Positions 40,901-53,700 of a DNA stretch of 64,000 bases are shown here, piece by piece. This DNA comes from Ophelia neglecta (lineage: Eukaryota): NCBI GenBank assembly GCA_965285935.1, contig OZ260661.1, positions 91,884,001 to 91,948,000 on the forward strand. The letters run 5' to 3'. Within the stretch, counting starts at the first letter, position 1, and each line of letters begins with the position of its first letter. The translations under genes were made by a program, and so were the position numbers. The notes beneath the pieces were generated by a model that saw only the letters and a program-made list of their open reading frames with translations, made no database searches and was not told the DNA's origin.

Positions 40901-43900
40901 TAAAAGTATTTCCTGTGTGTTTTCCATCCAATAAATATGTCTAAGACCATATGTTGATGAAGCAGTTTGATGCTGTTTTAGTTACTCTCTCAAGGCGAGA
41001 AAGAAATGAAGCTTGCACCTGTTTTGATAATGAATTACAATTGCCTGCTAGTCTTGCTGTTTTATGCTATCATTAACTTTTTACTAGCTTACCAGGTTAG
41101 GGCTTCTGTCTAACAATCTAGCATCTATGGAAGTTCAAAAAAGCAGCTTGAACTGATGTTATAGCTCTCAAGGACCTGAGAGGGATGTTAGATTTTGAGG
41201 ATTTATGCTGTTAAACAAGCAGCATGAAGATGAAACTTGGCAGAACTAATGGTGAGTCTGCCTCTACAAGCATTGGCAGAATGTTCATCAGTTTGATGTC
41301 AGATAAAAGTGTGAATTATGTAGCAATACAGCCAGAGTTTAGTTGAATATTGTTAAACTCGTTAGAGGGTCAGGGCTGTAACTGGCAATGGTGTTATGAG
41401 TACATATGGGTTTAATTAGCTCTTTCAAAGTCCACTGCAGCCAAGATATGCATAATCATGTAGAACTATTCTAGGGGGTGCTACCCACTTCATTGTTGTC
41501 ACCTTGTCACTTTAGAGGAGATGTGCTTTGTGATCTGACTATGAGCCCCTAAAACTGGCCGTTGGTGAAAGGGGGCACTGTGGAGTGGAGTGTCCATTAT
41601 AGGGGCCCAGAGGCCAATTCTTTCTGGGGTATTTTTTAACTTGGTAGGTCACATCCATGAAAGTGGACAGCTCCATCAAGAATTATTCTACAGTGTGGGA
41701 CTGGGCTAATCCTTGCTAATGGCTAATCTTGTGATAGCCTCTCTGTTAGCACTCAGTTGCCCAGTAACAGGAACATACTCCTAGTATCTCCTGTACAGTT
41801 CATTGGGCTGATAACACTGGATGCAGGCAGCATATTTATTTGTTTTACATTAGCCAGAGTATGGAGGTAATAGGAGGGCAATGGGCAGCATGTGCTGTCC
41901 CACACCAGATTAACTCGTTTTATCAATGATGAAGTCCGATGGGACGGCTGCTAGACAGATTCTTGTGGATTAGGTGTGTGCCAAGAATTTAGAGTCATCC
42001 TCATCAGTACAGCCACTGCCGTCTTTAGAGTGGGGAGCTGAATACCACAGAGTCTGATATGTTTTGTTTACTTATAACACACCTGAAGGTTACTTTCATT
42101 CATGTATAAACCAAACAATTGAAATATATCATAATAAATACATAATCAAAAGAGATCCTCAACTTTCAAAGACCTACTTAGTAGTGATTGGGAATGATTT
42201 AAACAAAATCCTTTAATATCATTCTACAGTCACCTGTCAGTGAGAGGATGATAAAATGATGACAGACTTCCATGAAGAGAAGTGATGACACTGGCAGTCA
42301 GCGTTTATCACATTTCTTTTAACCTTGTCATGTTTTCCATGATGTGAATAGTGAGACTAGATCCATATGCCTAGAAATGAAATAGGCCCATTTGAATTTG
42401 ATCAGCCTGAGAAGATGGGGTTGTCAGCATTTGGAGTTGACAGTGGTGAGTGTTTTCTTTTGATTGAGGCCAAGTGTTGATGGCCGATGAAAGACATGTC
42501 AGTGTGTGTTAACCTACAGACACACATCTGACTTGATTTACCTGGGGAGATCACAGGTAATGTAATAGGCCCTTATTGGAGACCCATGCCAGTAACTCCT
42601 CTCAGGTGACTGACATCTATCAGTGGTGGCCGGGTATGTGTTCCAATGGTCCTAGTTGTTACCAGATGATAGACATACATGTCCTGAAGTGTCAGCTATC
42701 ACAAATGATCAAATATTCACCAGAAACATGACAAGCAGGTCTTACATGTACAAGCCCTGATATCCTTCAATACTGCCACAGGCCTCAGCAGACGTTAGGA
42801 CACTGTGTGCCATCTTCCCCTTTGCCCATTTCGCCATTGATTATCCTATGTTTGTCAGAGTTTTTCCCTTTCTAATTGCTAGCTTTACTTACCTTTGAAG
42901 TTGGCAAACTTGGCTCAGCCAGACATACATGGTGTCAAATAGACCTGAAACAATGGTGAGCCCCAGAAATCAGAGTCTGCATTCATGTTTGTAAAGGTCA
43001 ACCAGAGTTGGCCGGTGTAAAAATATGAGCATAACCCAGGTGGTTTAACATTTCGGCATGTTCAGATAGGATCTAAATTGCTCTTTCAACTCAGATTGCT
43101 TGAGATATCTTAGAAAAAAGTGTGACCTTTCTCATTTTTTCTGTAGATTGTCTGGTGTGAAACTTCCAATTTTCCCAGCACCTGTCGGATTACTAGAAGG
43201 TAATTGATTTGAGTTTTTTCCATGCTGCATTTTTCCTATAATAGTGACTGTCACACATCGGTGCTTTGGGGGTATCAGGCCATTAAAGTAAATCATGCAT
43301 AGCATTCCAACAGACCAGCTAGTGTAATTAGCATCATCTCAGCAGGTATTAGCCTTTTTATGGTCATATTGCATAGTAACACTGACTGATTGTTCTCTAT
43401 GTGCCATTTATCACTATTGCTATTGGAAAAAGCACCTCCCATGGCAAGTGATGTGTTGTAATGGTTAAAGGCCTAATGAAAGTCATTTTACTGACCAGCA
43501 AGGTGGTGAATCCTCCGAGGTTGTCACATAGAGTGCTGTTTGAGGAAGATGGTCGTTCGATCAATGAAGGGCAGATTGAGAACTTCCCAGAAAGTGTAGC
43601 ATTGTAACCCATAAAATTTCACCAAACTGAAAAGAAGTTGAATTGATCTAATAAGAGTTGGTTTCTTTTACTCAACATCGTTAAATTTATAGTAATAGCT
43701 CTAACAAGAAATTCCATTCTTAATAATCCTATGTATACGCTTTTGACCTATTTACATTATATATTATATTTTTCTATACATGTAGATTATTTTTATAATT
43801 ATTATGATATCTATACTTTTATTCATGTACAGCTAGTCTTTAAAACGTACAAGTGCTGAAGGTTAAGGTTTTCTTAGATGGTAGGCATATTTTTGGAACA

Positions 43901-44242
43901 TCATTCTGGGAATAGGTGAAAATTGCAGTGACTGGGAAGATGGATTGGAAAATGGCATGAGGTGTTAGAGAAGTGTGAGGAAAATGTCAAGTCAGAACAT
44001 TTTATATGATAGATGGCTTATCCAGCTCACTCTTTTTGAATAGGTAACATAGGTCTACATGCATTCCTTACCAGCAGCCAATCTGGCTGACTGATCAGTC
44101 AGTTTTCAAAACAGAAACGTTGAGAATGTTGTCATCTAAGTGAGTTTGGCAGTTGCAATTTTCTGTGTTTTTGTTGTATCCCAAATTCTCAAACACAAAA
44201 GAGATATTTGGGCCAATATTATTTTATATTTTGCCATGTCCT

Positions 44243-44377
44243 GATCCTCGGGCATATTTGATCCTCTGGCATATTGGATCTCCTGGCATATTTGATCCTT
44301 TGGCATATTGGATCATCTGGCATATTTGATCCTCTGGCATATTAGATCTCCTTGCATATTTGATCCTTGGACATTTT
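44243..44377. repeat. 17-bp minisatellite (GATCCTCTGGCATATTK) x8
   Basis: Units start at 44243, 44260, 44277, 44294, 44311, 44328, 44345 and 44362. Confidence 0.95.
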
Positions 44378-46558
44378 GCATAGAAATAATTCCAGAACAA
44401 ACTGAAAAATTTGTAACAATCATAGCAATCAGTAGTGGGTACATCAATTTCTAGAGTTAGTTGTGTTTGTGTATGAATGTGTTTGTAATTTTTATGATTC
44501 ATGAGTCTTGAGGTAAAAAAGAAATTTAATGTTTTTGGAAACTGTCTTAATATGATCGACATTTTTTGCTAACTATTAGTCAAGTTATTATATTAAACTT
44601 TAGTTTACTGTTCAGATGTTTCAGCTTTAAAACATTTATTATTGTAGTTACTTGATGAGTCTAAACTGCTTGTTGTGACAAAATCTTAACAGACCACAAC
44701 TTAACCCATAATAAGTGGATTCACCTGAGGTATTTGCTGCGAATTTTGCATGCAGGAGGCAATACAATCAGTTCACCGCTATTTGTCTTACTGATGTAAT
44801 GTCCAATTAGGCCATTGCCACAAATTTATGGCTCATTCATAGTTGTAAGCACAATAAAATGCTAGGTAATGGTTGTCAGAAAATAAGGTGCCATTGGTTT
44901 GTGCCTTGTGAAGAGAGAGCTGGGTCTATGAGAATGGCCTTCTCATTTGCTAATCACCCATCATGGTAAGTGGTCTGCTTTCTCCCAGATTGCTGATGTG
45001 CATTGGTCAGGGAATGCAATGATCAAGCCATGAAATATTCACAACATGCATATTTCTAATGATCTGCCATGCTTGGCTAGACTTCAGCCTGGTCTCTGGC
45101 TGGCATTTTCTGAAAGTCAGAGATCAAACAAATGATACTCTATTATTGATCAACCAATTGATTGATTGACAATATCATGATGACCTGATGGATGAGATAC
45201 TTGAGATAAATTAGACTGGGCCACTGTAACCTCAAAAAACATACTGTTCTTCATTGACAAAAAGCCAAACCGGTATCTCCTTTTGAAAAGTTCTGGCATC
45301 TAAATAGGCCTTACACATGCAGGCCAAAGAACTGTTTACTCGTACCTGGGGAAATTACATTGCACAGGAATACTGAAATTTGTATCTTAATTAAGATTAG
45401 ATTGTTTATTGGCAATTTGTAGATTGTCTTATAATGCGAAGTGTCCTAAAGTAGTCTTAACTTCATACAATTGTTTTTGCATAAGCAATGTCAATTTGAA
45501 GTGACATGTGGTCCTCTTACCTATAGACAGTGTCATGTGAATTGTTGATGCTTTGTGAAGTGAAAGAAGTGAAAGAATAGTAATTATATAGAAAAAGGCA
45601 TAGGGCATTAGAATGTAAAACTTCAGAATAAAAGTATGTTGATTGGCTTTAACATAGGTTCTGTAGCATGTGTGCTGCTATGAAAATGTTGATCTCCATA
45701 GATAAACCCTATGTTGATACACCTGGAGGCAAACTGAATCCTTAATTGTTACAGGATTCCTGGTGTTCAAGGGTTAAGCTGACAAGCCAGCATACCTGGG
45801 ATGGACTATATGTATCCATTAGCATTGTGCTGTATGGCCCATCCTATTGTCCAGCTCAATCGAAGACTTATGCAAATATTTGCCAACAAGGGTGGCTCGG
45901 GAACTGTTGATACATTGGAGTTACTCACCATGGACTTTCCAACTGGCCTCAGATAAAGTTTCCATCGGCTATTATAAAACTAAAGCAGGCTTTCCTGATC
46001 GATGCCAGCAGAGCTATACTGGAGACTATCAAGGTAGTTTTTCTGTGTTGGTCCTGCAGCACCTAGATCAATACAGGCCTAAGCTAAGGGGTGTTTTCAT
46101 TTCACCCATAGCTTCAGATCCATAATGTAAACTTTGGGTTTCCTAGACAACATCATGGAAGCTGGAGGGTGAGAAAAACTTTGGCATAGAATGAAGTTGT
46201 TTGGCAAACAGGGTCTTTTGTGGCTTCAAGGCAATGACAGAACAGAATGGCATCATGGATGTTCAGGCAGAGATATTGGCTATTAGGCCAAGGCTAATCC
46301 AAGGTCACTTTTAAAAGTGTTGTGACATCTATAAAGGTGTTTTTTCGCCATCGTGACCGGTCTCAGACCCGCTATGAATGTGGAGTTGTACACTCCAATG
46401 AATTGAGTACACCACTGCTCAAACATACCCAAACCAAATCTTTAAAAGAGTTTAGAATTGTTTTTATGAAAGTGATAAAATTTAATGTTCAGCTTAGTGT
46501 TTCATTGAGCTTCTATGATGCCACATGGTAAAAGTGATAAGAAATAATCACTTTTTAT

Positions 46559-46644
46559 GCTAACTGCATTATATGAGTAGTAAAGTGCTCTTTTCAATAA
46601 AACCGAAGAAAAGAGCACTTTACTACTCATATAATGCAGTTAGC
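46559..46644. repeat. Perfect 37-bp inverted repeat with 12-nt spacer
   Basis: 46559-46595 GCTAACTGCATTATATGAGTAGTAAAGTGCTCTTTTC is the exact reverse complement of 46608-46644; loop AATAAAACCGAA. Confidence 0.97.
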
Positions 46645-46846
46645 TTGATTTGGTCATTTGGCAGAATTAGTTTTTGCTTTGATTTTAAAATGAAAGATGA
46701 ACTACATTGTTAACTAAGCTTATAGTTAATAGTAATTGATAAAGTAAGCATATTTATCGGTGACATGACCCTTATACTGCAAATTTCACATACAAGAGAA
46801 AATTTTAGCATAGAGGAATGCTGCAATATATATCCACATACAACTA

Positions 46847-46916
46847 CAGTGGTCCCTCAAATGTAGGGCCACTTTTCCTTGGATTCAGGGGTGGCCCTCT
46901 ATTGTAGGGACCACTG
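46847..46916. mobile_element. 70-bp Tc1/mariner(pogo/Tigger)-type MITE
   Basis: TA|CAGTGGTCCCT...AGGGACCACTG|TA: perfect 11-bp TIRs, TA duplication, and a second internal stem AGGGCCAC/GTGGCCCT. Confidence 0.75.
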
Positions 46917-48753
46917 TAAATGATAATCATTGAAGATTCTGCAAAAATGTCATGGCAATATTTATATGGCAAGTACACCTTGATAAATGTGATGGAAAAA
47001 AGTTGAAACTTTTAACATTAAAAGATGGTGAAGTTTTTTGTTTGTTGCTTCTAATGGGATCCATCCTTTGTGTGGCCTGGGACATGTGGAAATGGTCTTG
47101 TTAGTATTTCATGGTACAGCTGTATATGTAATGAAAGCCACTTTGATTTGATCCAGCATGTTGAATAGATCTAATACGTGTTAGTAGTGAAATAGCCCGT
47201 GCTTAATGATGATTGCTGTACTCATTCACACAGGCAATATACATACACACCAAGACATGTATAACCTCTTCAAATAAGTACCTTCCACACATATTGTGGA
47301 AGAAGACGAGAATAGTTGTCAGAGGTGACTCCTCTCACATATTTGTGGCCAGGAAGCACTTGGGGAGGCCCCGGGGTTAAGTCCTCTGGCTCCACCACCA
47401 GCTACAGTACAATCAACACTGTTATCAAACCAGCTTATATCTTCATTATCTCATAAAATGCAATAGACAAGAAAATTTGCTCCTCAATGGTAAGGTTGAT
47501 TATTGGGAGTGGTGCTTTCTATCCTGTTTAAATTGGCTGGTTGGTTCACAATTATGTGCAAATGTGGTTTGAAGGAAGAAAATTGCATTCTTTTTCAGCT
47601 GCCTTGCAATATATGCTGGCAGCTATATGTACTTTGCATGTATACTTTATACATGTACATGTACACGAACATAAATGAACATTTGAATTATTTTAAAGTT
47701 ATAAATAATTGTGATTTCAATTAAATGCATGACCATGAAGACACAAAGTTACTGTAGTTTCCTTAAAGTTCATGAGTCCCTTATTTGGCAAATTTTGCTA
47801 GTAGGGTTAAAACAGCAAAAGTTAAAGGATAGCAAAAATTGGACGCCCAGTGAGGACCTATTGTGGATGCCTTTAAAAGCAAAATTAAAGGACGGGAAAA
47901 TAATTTTAGGTCTAAAAATATAAATTTTCTTTAGTTTTGTTAATTTTGCATAATCTCGCCCTTAACAATTGAATATTTATCCCTCCCTGGATGCTATACC
48001 AGAACATGTCTTTGGTGGTGTAGCTAATTCACCTTTTCACTTCATCACTTTTAGACATTAGACATTTTGAGTGGAGGGCAGATTTGTGAGGGACCATATT
48101 TTTGTCAGTTGGAAACGTTTTATACTAATTAAGTTATATATAGATTAGTTTTTTTCCTACAATGTCAATCCCCCTCCCCCCCAGACCCCTGCCCCCACCC
48201 CCACCCCCCAGTATCAATGGTTGCTTCCTTACAAGGGAGAGGGCAACCGTACATGAGGAGGGGCTATTTCAAGGGGCTGAGAGGCAAAATTATGATGCCG
48301 GGGTTCTTTTCTATCAATAGATCACATCAGTGAAAGCGAGCAGCATCGCTGAGAATGGTTCTTACATACACTCTCATAGTTTATAGACCAGTAACAAACT
48401 TGTACAGGTTTATCAAGGTATCATACTTATACTCTGGTGAACCGTACCAAAGTCTCATAAATGTGTCATCTAATTTACCCCCTGCTGTCAAAGGAGGTGT
48501 TACCATGAAAATATTACTTATTTGTGCTATTAATTTTATGCTATCAAGGGTCCTTTATGTCCTTGATACTTTGATATTATCTACTGTCTTGTCTTGCATT
48601 AAAAATGCACTCAAATTCTTTATTATAACCAGTGACTTGCTTTTTTCTCATATGTTTTTCATGTAACTTTATGACAAAAGTAATCATAAATGCATTTCTG
48701 GCAGTATCATCAAACATGATTTTTTTAACCTGATATTTGTTGATGTTTTTCAG

Positions 48754-48901
48754 ACTTGTGCGCCAAGGACCAAAGCTGGGTGTATCGAGACATGGCGCTC
48801 AGCAGAAGAACGTGGTAAGCCAGTCTAGTGGTCACCAGGTAAACAGCCGGATACCTTCACCATATTCCTGGGCTTTCCAGCACAAAGTGCAACAAAACCA
48901 G
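48754..48901 (+). CDS. kif26: KIF26A/B-like kinesin, coding exon C (low-complexity linker)
   Basis: Acceptor tgatgtttttcag|A and donor CAG|gtaagt; 148 nt, phase 2/0, exactly bridging the phase-2 end of exon B and the phase-0 start of exon D. Translates (R)LVRQGPKLG...WAFQHKVQQNQ. Supported by splice signals and phase rather than recognised homology. Confidence 0.82.
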
Positions 48902-49756
48902 GTAAGTAATGAGCACGTAAATCCTCTCAGTAGTATCCAGAATTCAATAGTTCCATCCTATTTTCTTCTGAAATAAAATGTGTATGCAGCATGTTTTGTA
49001 TGCAGATATTGTAAGACGGTCTTGTTATTAAAATAAAAATTATTCATGTTCTGTATAGTCTGATTAATCTACGCACAGATATGTGTTCTAATTAAAGGTC
49101 ATGTGCAAGAGATTGTGGCTTATTGCCTCGAATACTGCTGTTTATTTTTTGTGAAATTGAATCTTAAAAGGATAATTATGTATGAGAATATAAAGTGAAT
49201 AATCTGTGACAGTTTGATTGGTCCTGATTGGTGAGGCTCTGATTGTGGGTGTCTAGGACGCATACTCACATGCTTAACTGTAGAGATTCATTTGCCAGCC
49301 TAATCAGTGTACTGCAGCATGTAACAAAGGGTGGTGGATAAGCGGGAAGAGGACTGCTGCAAGGGTTGGGGAGTGAGACTAGAACTCCTGAAATGTATTT
49401 ATAAATCATTGTCAGGTTTGCAGCATGAAGCCTATGAAAATATTATACAAATATTGTCTTTCACTGGAGGTAACATAAACCCCATATTGACCTTTAGTGG
49501 TGATATTGCCTGGGGTCATGTGGTGATGTCACTTTTGCCTACTGAAGGCTAACATAGTGTCAGCTTACCCCCCCCCCCCCCCCAGTTTTAGGTCAGTTTT
49601 AAGTCATTACTAGATAAGTACCAACCAGTCCACAATCAGGGCCCTATTTTACTGGGGTATGGTATCGGTATATTATAGTTATGTGTTATATGAATGTCTG
49701 CTATGGGCCAAACCATCATACTAGGCCAAAGCAAGACATTCATTTTGTTACCTTGA

Positions 49757-50718
49757 TTTATTATACTCCCTTTGCAGAAGAGGGTATACTGTTTTGTCCG
49801 ATCAGTAACTAGATAATGGTTTGGCTAGGTTCCTCTAACTTGGTAGATAGGCTGGGCATGAGTAGTACAGGGCCCCTATCAATTTTGAGGTCAAGGTCAT
49901 AATGACATTTAAGCAAAAAAAATTCGGATTAGTGATTAGAGAACACTTGGATCTAGTGCCTTCAAACTTGGTAGGTTGTTTAGTCATGACAGTTAAATAA
50001 CCCCTATTAATTTTGAGATACACAGGTCAAAGTTCAAGATTATAATGACCTTCAACCCCAAAATTCTTTTCTTGGTCAATATCTAGGTATTGCTTTGGCC
50101 TAGTGTCTGACCGCGATCTCAGTTGTTGACCCCTATTGATTTTTAGGTCAACAGGTCAAGGACATGGAAGTCCTTCTTGCAAAAAGCTAAAGCCTTGTCC
50201 AGACAGTAACTAGTTAAGCTTGGGCCTAATGTCGTCTGTCTTGGTAAGTTGATGATAACAAGTAGATGACCCATGTCGATATTGAAGTCAAAGGTCAGGT
50301 AAAGGGTAACTTTTAGCCCAAAAACTTCCGTCTGATCAGTAAATAGAGAACTCTTAGGCACAGCATCCACAATTTTGGTATATAGGTTGTTCATGGCAAA
50401 TAGATGACTATTTCAGATTTTTAGGTCAACAGTTGAAAGGCCAAGGTCATGCTGACCATTAACACAGAAACTGACATGTCAGGTAGATGACCCATATCAA
50501 TTTTGAGGTTTGCAGGTCAAAATGTAAGGTTACAGTAACCTTTAACACAAAAATGGTTCGGTTGATCTAAGAAGTAGGTGTACATGTATATTATTGTTTT
50601 GGACATGTCTGTCAGTCCATCCATCAGTCTCTGCCAGCACTATCCATTATTAAAATAAAATATAAAATTTTGATTATTGACAATGCAGAAGGGGTATCTG
50701 TGTCCTACTGTCTTGTTT
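49757..50718 (+). mobile_element. Helentron-associated interspersed element (HINE)-like repeat with ~130-bp internal tandem units
   Basis: 5' hairpin TATACTCCCTTTGCAGAAGAGGGTATA and a 3' subterminal copy TGCAGAAGGGGTAT followed by ...TCTTGTTT. About 6 units share ATGACCCCTATTGATTTTGAGGTCA...GGTCAAGGTCA (near 49873, 50001, 50130, 50270, 50403, 50491), with a GTCC/ATCC microsatellite remnant at ~50607-50630. The architecture resembles HINE/pearl-like elements of molluscs. Confidence 0.65.
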
Positions 50719-53700
50719 ATATTATGCTGATATTAGTTTATGGCAGACACTTTTGGATTGAGGCATGCGCACAAAGAAATCAAAATTTAAATTTAGAATT
50801 AGATTGCTTTGAATATTTAAAGTATTTAAGATCAAGTTGACTGTACAACAAAAAAAGTGAGAATAAGACAAGACTTGCATGTTTATACAATGAAATCAAC
50901 TTGCTTGAAATAGGTCACATTCCTTGCTATTTTAAACAGTGCAAATAAATAATTTAAAAAACACATACTCATCAACGGTTTGTAATTTATATATCATAAA
51001 ATGATTGAGAAAAACAGGCTTATTTGTAACTTAATACTACCCTGGGTCTCTTTTTATCATTTTAATGACATCAAAATCAAAAATTGTATCTTAATTATCT
51101 CTCTGGACAGTTTTATGGCTTTCCAATTTTTCTGTTTGAACAAGCTTACTTTTGTTAAACAAACTTGCTAAGTGTCTCTACCAGATATTGCTAATGAATC
51201 TTCATATTCTATGCATGCTGGATGCCCATAAAATTTATCTCTTTAAAGCATGAGGTGTTGCAATTATCTTAACAATTCATGAGCCTTTGTTGTGTTCAGC
51301 CAACCATGACGTTGGGTAAACAAGCCTCGCATTCCCAAATAATCAAAAAGTCATAATGGAATAAAACAGAATAAGTTATCCTGTTTCAGGCGCATTGCAC
51401 AATAAAATATCCATTATGACATTTTCATTTGAAAATCACGAATGTTCCACTTGAGAAAAAGGTGAGGAATAATGCACACCTATGAATCATTTTTTGTTTA
51501 CAGTAATGTTTTAATGTCATTTTCCCATTATCGAATCATTATGAAATATTGTCCCAGCTGGGTAATATTGAGGATGGTAGGAACATTATTATGTAGAGTA
51601 ATTTCACAGCTGATGATGAAGCATGCCAAACCTGCCATTGTAAACTTCCTCTCTCTTCAGCAAGTATACAACTTTTTGCATCCAAGAACCATTCTAATAT
51701 CTTGGGCAAATATGCCTTTTAATGGGCAGCATTGTTTGTGTGGAGACCCTGGGGTGACAGGGGCTAACGTACCAAACGCAGGCCAATAGATCGATAATTT
51801 GTCACTAGAGAAGCTCCAAATGAAAGTCAAACTTCACTCTCGGATTAAATGGATTGAATTTTCAATCGGCCTGAAGTAAGTGCACTGCATTATGTTGACC
51901 AGCCCAAGTTGAAGAGAGGAAATGAGATAATATTGTATTATAGGTGACCATGTGCCCCCTGTCCATGCATCAGTTGGCCGCTGAGATTATGTTTGAACTT
52001 GTCAAATTGTATGCAAACCCTGGTAATATCTATTTGGTATGCTGCCATCCTCCCAGAATTGTTATTCATTTATCTGCTGTCAGTCTCTGACTTCATGCTG
52101 TTACGTCCCGTAGCAAGGTACAGAAATCATCCATTGAATGCTTGTCAATCTAATTTTCTCCTCATTGGTGTTTTTGCACAAATAATGATTCATCATTGGT
52201 GAATAATTGAATTTAGAACTGATAAGCTAAAACACTCTCATAAAACAGTCTAGGGTCTTTGTGTCATGGTGAAATGTGCCATTACAATTGACTTATACCA
52301 CAGTACCCTTCAGGTATTCTTCACAGATTCAGCTCTTAAAATTATTCAGCAAAAGAATTCTTTTGCAGATGGAAGAAATGGCTGTTGTGTTTATTTTTAA
52401 ATGGCGTGTTAACTTGGATTGATTTCTCTATTTAAGTATATGGTTACAGTCTATCACTGGAAAGCTTCAGGCTGGTGAAATGTAACACTGCAGTAGTTCA
52501 GACACTTTTTAGTAACAAAACAGACTGTTTTGGCTATATTTCCCTCTGAGAGCGTACTTTGCCCAGGAAAAGGTTAATTGACTTGTAAGTTGAATCATAA
52601 AATTTGAGAACTTTCTTATGTAAGAAGAATAATCTGGAATTTGTCAACATAAAACCAGGTGTATATAATTGACAAAGCATAAGGATGCAGCAATCTTTTT
52701 TGACCAAACTTTCCAACTGTCTTTTTTGTATTTCCAGTCCAAATGTATTCAGAAATGCAACTGTTGATAATTTGAGAAGGTACCCTCTAAAAATTTCAGA
52801 TTTTGCTTAAATATTCCCAGACATGTTGAATTATTTACCAGAGGAAAAAGTAAAAGAGACCCTGAGCATGCTGAGATGGTACATTATCCCTAAGGTTTTA
52901 GAATGCCCTATTTCTGAAAGAAAGTCTATGTTATAAAGAAGACTTCAAAGTTTCTATAATGATGATGCTTATTAAGCAGCTGAATACTTTTCAGGCATGA
53001 ATACTCGCAGTAGAAAAAATATTGTTATGTTTGAAAATTCCTTGATGTTGCTTAAGATCAGCCTTAATGTTAAAGTGACCTAAAATAATGGACATATTGT
53101 GTATTTTATTTTCTTGCAAGGAATTATTATCAATTTCATAATATTCCCTGCAGAAGGAACAGTTTATGAAAATTTTCAACATTATGCAGCAGCACTTAGG
53201 CTTAAACTGAGGATGACTGAAAATACAATTCATTTAATGTGCCAGTGAAGTTTGACTAACTTTTAGTCTCTTGAATTGTTCCATCAAAATATGGTTTTGA
53301 AAATAATGTGGGGATCTCAAAATATGTCATATTGTATCTTGTCAGAAGAGAATCCATGTTGTATATCTATGTTACTAATTAGTGTTTTAAAATGTTCCCA
53401 ATGATGGCCAATGCTGTGTACCGTAATGCTGCCCCAAGTGAAAATAAGGAAAGCATATTCAAGCTCCTGCTTGGAAAAAGTAGCTGGGATGTTCTTTATT
53501 TTAACAGCTGGGTAACCTCTGGCTCCTTAAGGTGGCTGGTCCTGCTTGGGTGAAAGGTAGGGTTATTATTATTTGCATTTAGGGCAACTGATATGATATA
53601 TGCCTACCAAAAGTCACAATAACTACCGAGAAATGTCAAGAGAAATGTCAAGGGTATGCCTGTCGACACAGACTCCAACAGCGACACAAACTCCCGACAG

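Noticed and set aside
44224-44562. 112-aa minus-strand ORF with repeated KYARGSNMP motifs
   Set aside because: The peptide repeat is simply the translation of the 17-bp minisatellite.
50719-50737. Partial matches to known miRNA sequences (also ~42488 and ~63968)
   Set aside because: Only short partial identity from memory and no supporting precursor hairpin.
52349-52366. Short palindromes such as GCAAAAGAATTCTTTTGC (also ~32405, ~57449)
   Set aside because: Short, AT-rich and isolated; compatible with chance or local repair events, and not terminators in a eukaryotic intron.
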